In this document: positions 48,461-58,777 of the stretch, piece after piece
Layout: each line of letters begins with the position of its first letter
Position numbering within the stretch: position 1 is the first letter of the stretch
Assembly: GCA_963733035.1 (NCBI GenBank)
Contig: CAVTBU010000005.1
Location: 832,001 to 896,000, forward strand
Direction: 5' to 3'
Length of the DNA stretch: 64,000 nucleotides
Origin: Pirellulales bacterium
GTDB taxonomy: Bacteria > Planctomycetota > Planctomycetia > Pirellulales > PALSA-1355
Program-made: the position numbers and the translations under genes
The notes under the pieces: generated by a model
What the model saw: the letters and a program-made list of their open reading frames with translations, nothing else
What the model was told of the DNA's origin: nothing
Databases searched by the model: none

Positions 48461-48656
48461 CACAACGACGCCGCCGGGTTCGTGAAACAATGTCCCTAGT
48501 TTGGTCGCGAATCGTAGCGGCGGCGGTAGAAATGCCGCAAGGCCGCTTCAATGAAGCGACCTTGCCAGCTGACGTTCGAGTTTTTCACCCGTGGAGCGCC
48601 GCCGGGCTGCTAGCCTTGCTAGCCTCTTTGCGACGGACTCTCGGTGATAAGCGATG

Positions 48657-49226
48657 CTAGAAGTCGACCGAGCCAGTCTCTACGTTTCCAACCATGTGGA
48701 AGTGGTTGTGGTCAACGTAGATTACCTCGCGGGCATCTTCGTTGCGGGTCGTATACGGCAGCGGCCAACCGACCCGTGTTACCTCGGTGTAGTACACCGT
48801 GCACTTGTAGTGAGCATGATGCTGCTGGGCAGGCCCAATAAGCGGATAGAATCGTGGTGGATCGACATAGTCGGCAATCTTTTCCTTGATGATCCGCACG
48901 TTGTTCCGCTGTACTTCATGCATCACTGGCAAACCGCCCTCGACGGGATGAGCCCGCTCCAAGGCCCGCATGACCTCGTCGTCGCTCGGTTCGTCGAGTG
49001 CTTGCACGGGACCGCCTGCGGTGAGCGGACCGAGAATCGGCACTCGCTCATAGCGTTCCTTCATCCACCACTCGTCTTCCTTCTTGTCCTGAAAGAATGG
49101 GCTGACGGGAATTGGCACGCCGAAGACGCCCAGGTTTGGACCGGCCACGCCAGCACATCCCGTACTGCCGAGCAGGGCCAGGCCCAAGAGGATCAATCCC
49201 ATTTTGCCGGACGTCATGCGTGCCAT
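48657..49226 (-). CDS. Conserved hypothetical lipoprotein
   Basis: STGC lipobox-like; PPRFYPLIGPAQQHHAHYKC, YVDHNHFH. Confidence 0.75.
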   Translation of the reverse strand: MARMTSGKMGLILLGLALLGSTGCAGVAGPNLGVFGVPIPVSPFFQDKKEDEWWMKERYERVPILGPLTAGGPVQALDEPSDDEVMRALERAHPVEGGLPVMHEVQRNNVRIIKEKIADYVDPPRFYPLIGPAQQHHAHYKCTVYYTEVTRVGWPLPYTTRNEDAREVIYVDHNHFHMVGNVETGSVDF

Positions 49227-49476
49227 AACTCGATTCCCTCACACCCGCTGTGAACGTTGGGGGCACTACCCCCGGCCTTTTCTAGCCGCGTTTCGGGAGC
49301 GACGTTGCCGTAGCGGCTTGGTGTGGCCATACGACTGTGCAACGTCACCGCGACGTTAGCCCTAGTTATCGAGTTGGTCTGGGGCAAACTTGTGGGATTT
49401 TCCGGTTTTGACGAAAAATCGGAAGTTCCGACCCAATGCGTCAACGTTTTCGACGGTGGCAACGCTAGCGACGCGC

Positions 49477-49514
49477 AAAAAAAGTCCCGTCCGGGCACTC
49501 ACCCGGCGGGACTT
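49477..49514 (-). terminator. Intrinsic terminator after the BON-domain gene
   Basis: Minus strand AAGTCCCGCCGGG...CCCGGACGGGAC followed by a 7-T run. Confidence 0.75.
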
Positions 49515-49538
49515 CAGAGTTCATGCGACGGCGTCCGT

Positions 49539-50303
49539 TTAATGATGGCTGCGGTCGTAGAAGTCGAGGAACCACCAGCCATCATCCCATTCCAACGCTA
49601 CCTTACGCCAACCGAGCGGCACCTGGGGATATGGGTAGAACGGACCAATGTACGGCCACGCGGTGGGCGAGTATTGCTGCGGATAGGTCAGGGCTGAGTA
49701 GTTCGGGTAAGCAGCATAGCTTGGCCAGGCGTAGTTCGGCATGTACGGCTGATCGTAGGCCGGGGGATTCACCGCTGGACCACCAGCCGGAGCATACATC
49801 GTCGGCGGGCAGGCATGTCGCGCGGCTTTGCGAGCCAGGTGGTTGTAGCCGGCAGGCGCCACCTGCCCTCCTTCGGTGGCCGAAGCAACCGGAAGTTCTT
49901 GCCCAGTCGCCGCTGCGGCAGGATCAAAATCGGCCGTTGTCGCCGAAACTCGACGCGTCATGTGGCTGATCGCCGGACGACCGGGTCGCGCGGCGCCCGG
50001 CGCATGCTGCTTCGCGGCCCTGGCGACCGTCATGTTGTTAACGATTTGGTCAATCCCTTCGATGTCGCTGACGACTCCCAATGCTGCTTGCAGCTGCTGA
50101 TTGTTGGAGACTCGCCCAGAAAGCCAGACGGTTCCGTCTTTGTACTTTACACCGACACTGTAGTCCTTCATTCTCCCGCTGTCCCGCAAGATCGTGGCAA
50201 TCTGCTGGGCAGCTGCTCGTTCTTCGCGGTCGTCGGCCAGCGCTCGGGCTGGTGCGGTGGCGGCAATCGAAGCGATCACCAAGCTAAACAAGATCCGTCG
50301 CAT
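49539..50303 (-). CDS. BON-domain protein with Tyr/Pro/Trp-rich C-terminus
   Basis: GGAGG SD; signal peptide; GTVWLSGRV...GIDQIVNNM; YAWPSYA...WPYIGPFYPYPQVPLGWRKV.LEWDDGWW. Confidence 0.82.
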   Translation of the reverse strand: MRRILFSLVIASIAATAPARALADDREERAAAQQIATILRDSGRMKDYSVGVKYKDGTVWLSGRVSNNQQLQAALGVVSDIEGIDQIVNNMTVARAAKQHAPGAARPGRPAISHMTRRVSATTADFDPAAAATGQELPVASATEGGQVAPAGYNHLARKAARHACPPTMYAPAGGPAVNPPAYDQPYMPNYAWPSYAAYPNYSALTYPQQYSPTAWPYIGPFYPYPQVPLGWRKVALEWDDGWWFLDFYDRSHH

Positions 50304-50560
50304 TTCCCCCCCTCCTGAATGAATGCCATGGCATCCGTTGTTGAGGCGCCCGCCTTTGTGGGCCTCGTGTTTATTTCCGCGTTGAGCCAATACGCCGGGA
50401 GTCTCCCCGGTGCATCGGCCATTCACCCGACTATAGGTGTCGGTTGCGGATTGTGCCGAAGGGGAGCTTTTTTCCGATCCTAGCGGTTTTTGCGGGAAGT
50501 TGGCCGGCAGCTAGCTGGCGAAAACCCACAGGCATCAGGAAGCGCAAGGCGGGAGAGCCG

Positions 50561-50845
50561 CTAGTGGATGGTGGCGCTGGCATGTGCCCGGAAATCCCAA
50601 ACGGCAGCCAGCACCATCACTGATAGCGTGGCGCCAGAACCAAGCCAGTGGCGTGCTCCTAGGGCGACAAAGGCCATGGTGGCCAGCCCCATGACTGCCA
50701 GGCATCCAAAAAACAACGAATGGCACCAGGGCTGGCTGGAAGAGCCCTCACTGAGCCGAGCCAACCAGGCACTAAGGAGGCCGACCACTTGCATCAAACC
50801 CAGGGTCCACGCCAAAGCCGAGCTTTCTAGGTACGTCATTCGCAT
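50561..50845 (-). CDS. Small three-TM membrane protein
   Basis: GGAG SD; three hydrophobic segments, ARLSEG loop. Confidence 0.65.
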   Translation of the reverse strand: MRMTYLESSALAWTLGLMQVVGLLSAWLARLSEGSSSQPWCHSLFFGCLAVMGLATMAFVALGARHWLGSGATLSVMVLAAVWDFRAHASATIH

Positions 50846-51400
50846 AGGTCTCCACGAATCCCTTCGATAGACATGACACACGCGGCCTGGAATCCGACTC
50901 ATCCTGAGTCCGAATTTCAGTTGTCGTGTGCCCAGAGCGACTTGCGTGCCGCGGTCGGCGCGACCAGGGAGTTTCCTTGACTTTACGGCGTTAAACTACT
51001 GCAATTAAAGAGCTTGCGAATATATCGACGCTTACTTCTATCCCCGAAGATGCGGTGAATTTCAGGGCTTTCGCAGATCAATAGTTTGCAAGATCTGCAA
51101 AACCTCCCTCAAGTTCCGAGCATTTGCAGCCGCGTGAAATGGACCATTTTACACGTGCCGGCGCAGCGTTTGCCGGCTGTGCTAGCAATCCGCGCGATTC
51201 ACCAAATTGGTGAATTGTCACAATTCTTGGGAAATTGGCTCGACGTGATCTTGCCTAAACTAACTTGTTCGGCAAACGAATTGACGGGGCGAGTCGAATC
51301 TTGCACATTGGCGCAAGTCCTTAAGGTTCGGAGCTTCTTGCCGATCGGTCCCCATTATTCGGACGATCTCAAGAGCGTTCCGGCGACTTGACTGGACTGT

Positions 51401-51417
51401 CCGGCACGAAGATTGCA
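51401..51417 (+). promoter_or_regulatory. Putative sigma54 (-24/-12) promoter
   Basis: CCGGCACGAAGATTGCA, one mismatch to YTGGCACG-N4-TTGCW. Confidence 0.65.
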
Positions 51418-51476
51418 AATTGATGCAATCGGTGTCCAAGAGGTGTCAGATTCTAACTCTTGTAAGGAGCTCGCCA

Positions 51477-51647
51477 ATGGATGACGAGACGAAAGGGGAT
51501 TTCGAGTCCCACCGTACGCGACGTACGCCCAATTCGCGTCAGCGCACGCCGCAAGCAACCCGCGCAACGCGTCACAAGAAGAAGTCTCCTGATGCCGTTG
51601 GCATGGGGGGCGTTCATCGGCGACGCAACAAACACTGGAGTTGGTAG
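51477..51647 (+). CDS. Small basic 56-aa protein
   Basis: TAAGGAG SD; MDDETKG...GMGGVHRRRNKHWSW*; promoter upstream and terminator downstream. Confidence 0.7.
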   Translation: MDDETKGDFESHRTRRTPNSRQRTPQATRATRHKKKSPDAVGMGGVHRRRNKHWSW

Positions 51648-51709
51648 GTGTCAGCTAGCCATCCGGTGTAGGCGCCCACGGGCGCAAAGAATCCCTGGTC
51701 ACGAACAAG

Positions 51710-51735
51710 AAAAGCCGCGCGAAAGCGCGGCTTTT
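51710..51735. terminator. Bidirectional intrinsic terminator
   Basis: AAAAGCCGCGC-GAAA-GCGCGGCTTTT between convergent genes. Confidence 0.85.
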
Positions 51736-51781
51736 CGTTTGCGCGAATGACCGATCCGAGCCGACTTTTGCTCGGCCCTGC

Positions 51782-53646
51782 TCACTTCAACAGTTTTTGC
51801 AGCTCCGTCTCGAGTTCGTCGGTCCTGATGTTCCGGTTCACAACCTTGCCCTGTTTGTCGACGAGGATCATCGTGGGGACGATCTGAATCCCAAGCTCGG
51901 TCGCATATCGGCTACCCTCGAGTCCCCCCTCCTCGTAAAGCTGGGGCCAGCGGGGATCGTTCTGCTTGAGAAAGGCGATCATTTCTTGCGGATCATTATC
52001 GAGACACACACCGACGACTTCGAAGTTTTTGCCGTATTTGGTTCGCAGTTCTTTAAGCAGCGGCATGTCTGCCTTCGAAAGGTCCGACCAGGTGGCCCAG
52101 TACTGAATAAGCACCACCTTGCCGTGACGCTCGGCCAGATCGAACATCTGGCCGCCATTGATCATCTTGCCCTTGAGCGAGATCGACTTGCCAGGCGACT
52201 CCAAGCGCGTCTTGCGCCCAGGGCCTTGGTATACAGCGGCGAGTCAGGGTAGCTCTTGACGAGTTCGTCGTACCACTTCAGCGCCTTCGTATCGTCGCCG
52301 CCGAACTCCTCCGAAATTGCCAATTCCATCACCGCTTCGGCCGAAAGCGGATACTTCTTGGCCTTGTCGACGAATGCTGTCAGATCGGTGATCCAGTGGG
52401 ATTGGATCAAAGCGAAATCTGCTTTCGGCTGCGACAATTCGTGGCCGTGTTGGGCGGTCATCCAACGCCATTCGATGTAGGTTGCTAGCTCGTCGTTGGC
52501 CGGATCCTTGGCCAGTTCGTCAGACAACTCGCGTAGCTTCGCAATGCCCTCCTCGTAACCCCCGGTTTGCACGGCGGCGCTGAGCGTGTCGGCAATTTGG
52601 TGGTACCACTGCGTGTGATTCTCGGCGTCTTCTTCGGCCAGTTGCTTGAGCAAGTCGACTCGCTTGGCGTGTTGCTCGGGCGTACTGCTAGCAAGATCTG
52701 GCAGCGATTGCAGCTCCTTCATGATGTCTTGCATGCGTTGCGACGGCTGACCGGCGACAGGAGCCCCATCCGGCTGTTGTGGCCGCGGCATGGGGAAGAA
52801 GAATGGCTCGGTACCGTTTTCCGACATGCTGGGCAGGTCGATCAGCCGCCAATTGTCGCCGACGCGAACTATCGTCCCGACTGACAGCGGCTGGGGCTTG
52901 CCGTCGGTCTCGACCATCGCCATCACGTTTTCGTAGACCGTCAGGTCGGCGGTTGAATCATCGGTGCCCGCAGGTACTAGCCCTGGCTGCATGCCCCCAA
53001 AGGAGACCCACTTCGAGTCCTTGCCAATGATCGACTGGCCAGCCGCCAGCTTGGCGAAGCTGGCGGCCGCTACCTCGATTTTCTTGCGCAACTGTTCGGT
53101 TTTGCCGGCGCCAGCGCCGAGCGATTTGAGCTCGTTGGTGTGGAGCAAAATTCGCTCGAATCTTTCACGGTCATGGTCCCGCAGGGCAGCCACCAACTCG
53201 GCGGTCACTTCCTCGGGCGAGATGCTCTTCCAGTAGTCAATCTTCCCATCTTCGTTGCGATCGACGCCCCACCGCGAGCCGCCAGTGTTCAGCCACCGGC
53301 ACTGGTCGGCTTTGCGGTTGAAGTTTGAGTCGATATCCCGGTAAACCTCGACGCCATCCTTGAAGTAGCACCATTGGTCCACCACGTTGTCGCTGTTGGA
53401 ATCGGTGAACGTGCGTAGGATCTGGCCCGACACGTCACGCACGACCCAACCTCGCTTGCCTTCCGCCTTGATCGTGCATTTTTCGATCTCGTCACCCGAC
53501 GGACGTTCGATATCGACGTCTTTCTGCACTGGCTGGAGCGACAGAGCATCCTTGGCAGACGGACTGGCGGCCAGCGCATCGCGCCCGGCAACAAGCGCCA
53601 AGAGAAGCGATGCGACCAAGGGTGACTTGCGAAACGTGATAGTCAT
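51782..53646 (-). CDS. Secreted protein with C-terminal TlpA/redoxin domain; frameshift at about 52214
   Basis: Signal peptide; DxNxD repeats; GKVVLIQYWATWS (CxxC absent), VPTMILVDKQG. Confidence 0.82.
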
Positions 53647-53900
53647 CGACGAGTTACCTCCCACGGCACGGACGAGGGCGTTGAGATGTGGCCCCAGAGA
53701 CAGGCGCATTTATCTTCGGCAACCTGCGCAGCAAAAGTGAAATTGTTCCGCATTTGTGGGCTCGACCGATTAAACGGCATCGCCTATTGCGTTGCAAATC
53801 CTATGCAGATTGAGCATCCGCGGAGGCAATTTCGCTGCGAATTTGCTGGTAGCACGCGAACAGACGGCTGTGTGTGCTAGCCGTGCTATATTGAGACGAA

Positions 53901-53928
53901 TTGACAGCCAGCCGGGGGCACCTAAAAT
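53901..53928 (+). promoter_or_regulatory. Sigma70 promoter of the tRNA pair
   Basis: TTGACA-16 nt-TAAAAT. Confidence 0.8.
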
Positions 53929-53959
53929 GCGATATTCGCCAAGGGCCAGCCCCTGAGCC

Positions 53960-54033
53960 CGGCGCATAGCTCAGTTGGTTAGAGCGCGTCCCTGATAAGG
54001 ACGAGGTCCGAAGTTCGAATCTTCGTGCGCCCA
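53960..54033 (+). tRNA. tRNA-Ile(GAT)
   Basis: Cloverleaf; anticodon arm CGTCC-CTGATAA-GGACG; T-arm CGAAG-TTCGAAT-CTTCG; CCA not encoded. Confidence 0.96.
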
Positions 54034-54121
54034 TTTTTGGTCAGGCCGCCCCATGTGGCGGCGGTTCCCGCAGGCACTTGGAATCCAGCCAGGGAGGGGG
54101 CCAGCAGTCGCTAGCAGCCAA

Positions 54122-54194
<73 letters not shown>

Positions 54195-54659
54195 TTTCTT
54201 CTGACGGTCACCTGTAAACCGGCCCGCGGCTGATTCGGGTATGCCGGAAACTTGGCGGCATGTTTCGCTGCCGTCCAAATTGCACACGCTCGTCTTTTGC
54301 CTATTGGGCACTGCGAAGTCCTCGCGCGACAGGCGCACAGAGTTGCGTCGTGGTGATCGTCGCGGTGTCGATTGCCGACAATCTCGATTTGTCGATTTCG
54401 CGTTTTTTGGGTCGCGGCGGTCCCGGCTTTGTCGGATTCGCGTCAGAGTGCCGTCCGAGTGTGATCGACCATCGTGGCCATGAACCGTCCGGTCGGGCCG
54501 CTGTCTGTTGATCATTTGGCGTTCGACGTGTTCGCGGTCTCCGAGGCATTCGCTTCGTCTTCCCCAAGTGCGTTGACGCCCTCGCCTGCGGTGACCAAGA
54601 TACCGTTTGTTCCGTATTTGCTTTTCCGGGCCTTTTGCGGTGGTGAAATTGTGACGGAT

Positions 54660-57622
54660 ATGGCTCGCTCGGCGATTGGCATCCTACTGTTAGTCGGTCT
54701 TCACGCAACTGTCTCAGGAGCGTCGGCCGACGACGTAGCGAGTCCGCTTGAGCCGAATGATGCGATTGCGTGTTTTCAAGTCGACGCAGGCCTGGAGGTC
54801 GAACTGGTCGCTTGTGAGCCAGACGTGGTCGACCCGATCGCGATTCGCTTTGACGAGGACGGCAGACTGTGGGTCGTCGAAATGCGCGACTACCCACACG
54901 GACCGTCCGACGGTCAGCGGCCGCTGTCAAAGATTCGTGTGCTTACCGATCAAGACGGTGATGGACGCTATGAGACGTCTCGAACATTCGCCGACGGTCT
55001 GTTGTTTGCCACGGGCATGCAGCCATGGCGAGGCGGAGTGATCGTCACGCTTGCTGGCGAAGTCATCTACCTGAAAGATACCGACGGCGACGACCGTGCC
55101 GATCTGCGAGAAACCTGGTATCAAGGTTTTGTCGCCGAGAATCCGCAGCTCAGAGCCAATCATCCGCGTTTTGGACTCGACCACCATGTGTATATCGCCA
55201 ACGGACTGCGCGGCGGCAAGATTGTCGATCCACGGCTCGAGAAAAGCGAAGCAGTGGAAATCAGTGGTCGCGACTTTCGCTTCGATCCGCGGGATGGGAC
55301 GTGCGAGGCAGTTTCCGGAAACGGACAATTTGGACTTACGTTTGACGATTTTGGCAATCGGTTTGTTTGCTCGAACCGGCAGCCACTCGATCATGTTGTC
55401 TTGGAAAACCGCTATTTGGCCCGCAATCCGCTGGCGGCCATTCCAGCAGTGCTCTCGCCCGTGGCGGCGCCAGGCGAACAATCGAGGGTTTATCCGCTGA
55501 CGAGCGCCTGGACGACGTCGAACTTACATGCCGGGCAATTCACGGCCGCTTGCGGCATCGACATCTATCGAGGAACCGCGCTTGGTGACGCGTACCACGG
55601 CAACGGTTTCACGTGCGAGCCGACCGGCAGCCTGGTGCACCGTGAAGTCCTCGCTCCGCAAGGGGCAACGTTTACTTCGAAGTCGGCGACCCCCCGCAAA
55701 GAATTCCTTGCATCGCCGGATTCCTGGTTTCGGCCAGTGAACCTGGAAGTTGGTCCCGACGGAGCGCTCTATGTGGTTGACATGTACCGGGCCGTCATTG
55801 AGCACCCACAGTTCATGCCCAGCGAGCTGCAGCAGCGGCCCGACCTGCGGCTCGGCGACGACCGGGGGCGAATCTATCGGATTGTTCCCAAGCGATTTGA
55901 ACGGCCGAGCCGACAGGTACACCTGTCGGCAGCGAGTACTGCCGAGGTTGCCGCACAATTAGCAGACGACAATGTCTGGCAGCGCGAGACGGCCGCCCGG
56001 CTGATTTACGAACGGCAAGACAAAGCAGCGGTCGCACCGCTGGAGAAATTGGCGCGAGAGTCCGACTCCCCCGCCATTCGTATCGCCGCACTTTGGGCGC
56101 TTGATGGGCTTGAGAGCCTTCGTGCAACGCTCCTTGCCAAGACGCTTGACGACGAAGCGCCTCATGTACGTGAGCAGGCGGTTGTACTGGCCGAGCCTCT
56201 GCTCAACGACAACGCCAAGCTCCGAGATCGAATCGTTGGTCTAGCGAGCGATTCCGATCCACGGCTCCGTTTTCAAGTGGCGCTGAGTCTGGGGGGCGTT
56301 ACTGCCAATGAGGCCATTCCGCCGCTGGCAGCGATCGCCGTGAACGGAGCCAACGATGTCTGGACGCGGAGCGCTGTGGCGACGTCCCGGCCGGAGTCTG
56401 TCGCGGCGATCCTGAACGTGGCGTTGCATTCGAACGAAGTGGCAAATGCTCGGTTCGATTCGTCCCAATCGCAAGCGATCCGCGAGCTAGCCGCGATCGT
56501 GGGAGCACGGCGCGACCCCGATGAAATCTCCTCGCTCATTCGTCAGGTTTGTGAAATCAACCGAGCAAGTCGCGAGGTTCGCGCGGCAACCCTGTTGGGA
56601 CTGGCCGACGGATGTAAACGCCGTGGCACAGCCCTATGGTCGTTGGTCGCCGCACTGCCGGACGGTGTGTCGCTGGAGAAGCTGTTGACCACGTTTTTTG
56701 ATGAAGAAGTTTCCACAGCAGAGAGCGTAGCCGCGCCTGAAATTGCGCGGCTACGCGCATTGGATCTGCTGGCTCACTCTCGTCAGCAGGCCGCGACCAA
56801 GGCATGCTTGCGGCTCGCAACTGAGAGTTCGTCGCAGCAAGTTCGAGTGCACGCGGCAGCGGCGTTGGCCGAACATCCTGACGAGTCTATCGCCCCTGCC
56901 CTGCTGGCGAGTTACCCAGAGCAGACACCCATCGTGCGCAGTGCGATTCGAGACTCGCTTGCCGTACGGCCCGAGGCGGCGAGGCAACTGCTGGACGCGG
57001 TTCGATCTGGTCAGATCGCCCGAGCGGAACTCGGCGCGGCCTGCGAGCGTCGTCTGATCCAGCATCGGAACGAAGGCGTCCGACGACTTGCGGCGGAGGT
57101 GCTGAAAACCGAAGTGCCGGCCGAGCGCCGCGCTGTTTTGACGGACTACCAGGGGGTGATTGACTTGCCGGCCGATCCGCGCGCGGCAAGAATCTGTTTC
57201 GACAGCATTGTGCTACCTGTCACCATATTGGCGATGTTGGCGTGGACGTCGCGCCGGACATCTCCGATTCGCGCGTAAAAACGCCCAGTCAGCTCCTCAC
57301 CGACATCCTTAACCCCAACCAAGCCATTGATAATAACTACGTGAGCTATACCGTGGCGACTTCCGACGGCAACGTCCACTCCGGCCTGATTGCCGCTGAG
57401 ACGGCCTCCGCAGTAACGCTGCGTCAGCCAGAAAACAAGACGCTGACGCTGCTACGCGCGGACATTGAAGCGATTCGTTCCAGTGGCGTTTCGCTAATGC
57501 CGGAGGGATTTGAGAAGCACCTCTCGCACCAGCAAATGGCGGATTTGATCGCGTTTGTGAAGAATTGGCGTTATCTGGAGCAACCGATTCCCGGTACAAT
57601 CGGAGCGAAAAGGGCCAAATAG
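54660..57622 (+). CDS. PVC-type membrane-bound dehydrogenase / haem-binding CxxCH protein; frameshift at about 57180
   Basis: LVACEPDVVDP..VVEMRDYP, FRPVN..GPDGALYVVDMYR, HEAT repeats; after the shift RGKNLFRQHCATCH...SLMPEG. Confidence 0.88.
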
Positions 57623-57647
57623 CCGATTCTTAAGTCGATCGCTCGCC

Positions 57648-58775
57648 ATGGCAAAGACGCGGCACAATTCGTTCTCACGCCGCCGATTCACGCAGGCCTC
57701 GCTGGCGGCCGGATTAGGTGCCGTCTCGGCGTTCTTCCCACGCGCATCGGCGCAACGACTGCCGGACGCTCGAGACGTGCCCTGGCTGGCCGAAATACAA
57801 CAGGCCCCTGCCAAGATACCCGCCGACGTGCCAAAGTTACTTCCGCTGTTGGTCGATCCGGGCCGGAACCCCATCCGCACGCTGCAGCACTGGGAGCAGC
57901 AACGCACCTATCTTCGCAATCAGTGGCGCGATCTGATCGGCGCCATGGAGCGGCCGAAGTTACGCCGACCGCCGACGTTCGAAATTCGCGAATCCGACCA
58001 AATCGAAGGAATCGTCCGTCGCAGGATTCGCTACGAAACCGAACGGGACATGCAGACCGAGGCGTATCTCATGATGCCATACAAGCCAAATCGCCGGCTG
58101 CCGGCAGTGGTCGTGCTGCACTCGACGGTCGACTATACGATTCGGCAGGGGGCGGGCTTGGAAGGTCGGCCGGAAGCAGCCTGGGGACTCCAATTGGCCA
58201 AGCGCGGCATGGTTACCATCTGTCCGCGCTGTTTCTTGTGGGACGACCGGCACACGAAGGATTTTACCGCCAGAGCCGAGGAGCACCGACGCCGACATCC
58301 GCTTTCGCGCGGCATCGCCAAAATGCTCTACGATGCTCAGCGTGCCGTTGACCTGCTCACTAGCCTGACTGAGGTCGACCCGAAACGAATTGGCGCGGCC
58401 GGGCATTCCCTGGGGGGAAAGGAAACGCTTTACCTTGCCGCGTTTGACGATCGCATTCGCGCCGCGGTCAGCAGTGAATGCGGAATCGGTACGACTTATT
58501 CGAATTGGAATGCGCCTTGGTATTGGGGCGACGACGAATTTTTCGGCCGCGAGCATCACGACCTGTTGGCAATGATCGCGCCGCGCGCATTTCTGTTGAT
58601 CGGCGGCAATTCGGCTGACGGCGATCGTAGTTGGCCGTTTATTGAAGCCGTGTTGCCGGTGTACCGGTTCTACGGCGAGCCGTCTCGCATCGGCCTGTAC
58701 AATCACGGACAAGGTCACACGATCCCGCCGACGGCCGAGCGACGCGTCTACGAGTGGCTCGAGACGTATCTCTAA
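57648..58775 (+). CDS. Tat-exported alpha/beta hydrolase (dienelactone hydrolase-like)
   Basis: SRRRF Tat motif; GHSLGG nucleophile elbow; D and H triad positions. Confidence 0.85.
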   Translation: MAKTRHNSFSRRRFTQASLAAGLGAVSAFFPRASAQRLPDARDVPWLAEIQQAPAKIPADVPKLLPLLVDPGRNPIRTLQHWEQQRTYLRNQWRDLIGAMERPKLRRPPTFEIRESDQIEGIVRRRIRYETERDMQTEAYLMMPYKPNRRLPAVVVLHSTVDYTIRQGAGLEGRPEAAWGLQLAKRGMVTICPRCFLWDDRHTKDFTARAEEHRRRHPLSRGIAKMLYDAQRAVDLLTSLTEVDPKRIGAAGHSLGGKETLYLAAFDDRIRAAVSSECGIGTTYSNWNAPWYWGDDEFFGREHHDLLAMIAPRAFLLIGGNSADGDRSWPFIEAVLPVYRFYGEPSRIGLYNHGQGHTIPPTAERRVYEWLETYL

Positions 58776-58777
58776 AA

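Noticed and set aside
53960..54032. Initiator-like C1-C72 mismatch in tRNA-Ile
   Set aside because: It lies immediately before a GCGC, so a dropped G of the same error class as the frameshifts would restore G1-C72.
54195..54650. Integrative element or att site after tRNA-Ala
   Set aside because: No integrase or duplicated tRNA 3' end was found, and the downstream genes are typical planctomycete genes.
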